This document shows positions 62,940-64,000 of a stretch of DNA of 64,000 nt, in pieces. Numbering within the stretch: the stretch's first letter is position 1; the number at the start of each line of letters is the position of its first letter. The stretch is from Perkinsus olseni (Eukaryota): assembly GCA_013115125.1 (NCBI GenBank), contig JABANN010000040.1:1-64000 (forward strand), written 5' to 3'. The notes beneath the pieces are model-generated. The model was not told the DNA's origin. It did no database searches and saw only the letters and a program-made list of their open reading frames with translations. The translations under genes were made by a program, and so were the position numbers.

Positions 62940-63952
62940 CTAAATGGTAGCCCGACTCTGGTCATGTCCTTGCGAGACGTCACTTATCCAGGAACTTATG
63001 AAAAAGTTATTCTGCCAGCCCTGCTGGGAGGGGGCAAGTCTAAGGTACTGAGGATCTAGGTGCGACACGTCCACGTAGGCCTGTTCCCTCAAAGAGAAGT
63101 GGGAGGCCCCCTCCGACGTCGTCTCGCTCCACTGATGTTTTGATGACCGCTTCTTCTTTTTCGAGGACTTCTTCGGCGTGTTGATGTAACCGTTGGGCAT
63201 CACCCCGGCGCCGGCCGATGTGGCTGTAGGGCTGATCTGGTTCGGGCCACCCAGTCCGAGAGGGCCGACGAGCTCACCATCAGCGAACGCTACCTGAACG
63301 AATGACAAGACAATGACAGGCGGTTACGAGCTACGAATGCTGATTAGGTCTGTGAGTTCATTGCTTTTGAGCGTGAGTAGAAGTCTCTTAATATGAAGAG
63401 GTGCCTACGACCTACACAGGGCTCCTTCGCGGAGTAGTTGGCGAAGAGTTTAAGTTCGTATTTGTTCCGAATCCACCGCTCCAGATGCCGCGACGTGTCG
63501 GGGTCCAATCTATCACCGCCGCCTCCGCCGTTCGGGAACGAACTTCCGTCGGGTTTGTGAATGTGCGGCGGCACGTTGTACCTGAGGACGACTTCTCGAT
63601 GACGATGGATGGCCAGGCTGTAGCGGCCGGGGTTACTCATAATATTCATTGGCCACTTTGTTTCCCACAGCATCTGCTAGGGCCACCCATTCAGGCTTCC
63701 ACTGGTCTATTGTCGCTGACTGGACGAATGTTATATGGGTTCCAATGCCTCGGTGGATGCCGGCGCAATTGGTACCTGAGAAGGGCCATCACGGCAAGGG
63801 AGGTGAGATGAGGTAGGCCTACAGATGAAGACGCCTAGGTTGACTGATGCCCATCGAGGGTTGGGCGCGTTACAGTCGGCACAGACCGAGTTCTCGGGTC
63901 TTGATAAGATCGAATCTAGCTGAGGGTTCAACGGGGCCACAGGAGTCCCCAT
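62940..63952 (-). CDS. ArfGAP-domain protein (SMAP/AGD5-like)
   Basis: [26 protein letters not shown]|..[23 protein letters not shown]...[10 protein letters not shown]...ERWIRNKYE. Confidence 0.93.
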
Positions 63953-64000
63953 GACTGGTAATGATATTAAGGCGCAACTGAGGGTCGGTAACGGGGAAAA

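Overview
Gene-dense eukaryotic DNA with many short (about 40-60 nt) GT-AG introns, so the six-frame ORF track fragments most genes; the gene models below were spliced by eye. Intron style and gene content suggest a Perkinsus-like alveolate (inference). Recognisable genes: an AIFM2/FSP1-like flavin oxidoreductase (partial), eIF3b, RPS14, SFT2, an eight-domain group-I truncated haemoglobin, a PIH1-domain protein, a large USP7-like MATH-USP-UBL protein whose catalytic Cys is replaced by Asp, a SPATA17-like IQ protein, Paf1, a cold-shock-domain/PP2C fusion, a SMYD-like SET protein, a creatine-kinase-type phosphagen kinase with tandem domains collapsed at an assembly gap, a coiled-coil protein ending in an alpha-adaptin ear, MoaA/MOCS1A, a receiver domain fused to a degenerate nucleotidyl cyclase, and an ArfGAP. 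The most striking locus is 13195-20647. Its globin domains show a 1-2-4-8 duplication pattern and alternate strictly between two distal-pocket types (Lys E10/Met E11 versus small E10/Gln E11). Its central 2.15 kb intron holds a tandem array of 11 full-length tRNA-Thr(TGT)-derived units with higher-order structure. Two 45-nt GT...AG segments with terminal inverted repeats, 25 kb apart in unrelated flanks, look like introner-type mobile introns. All family assignments come from motif recognition only; no searches were run.
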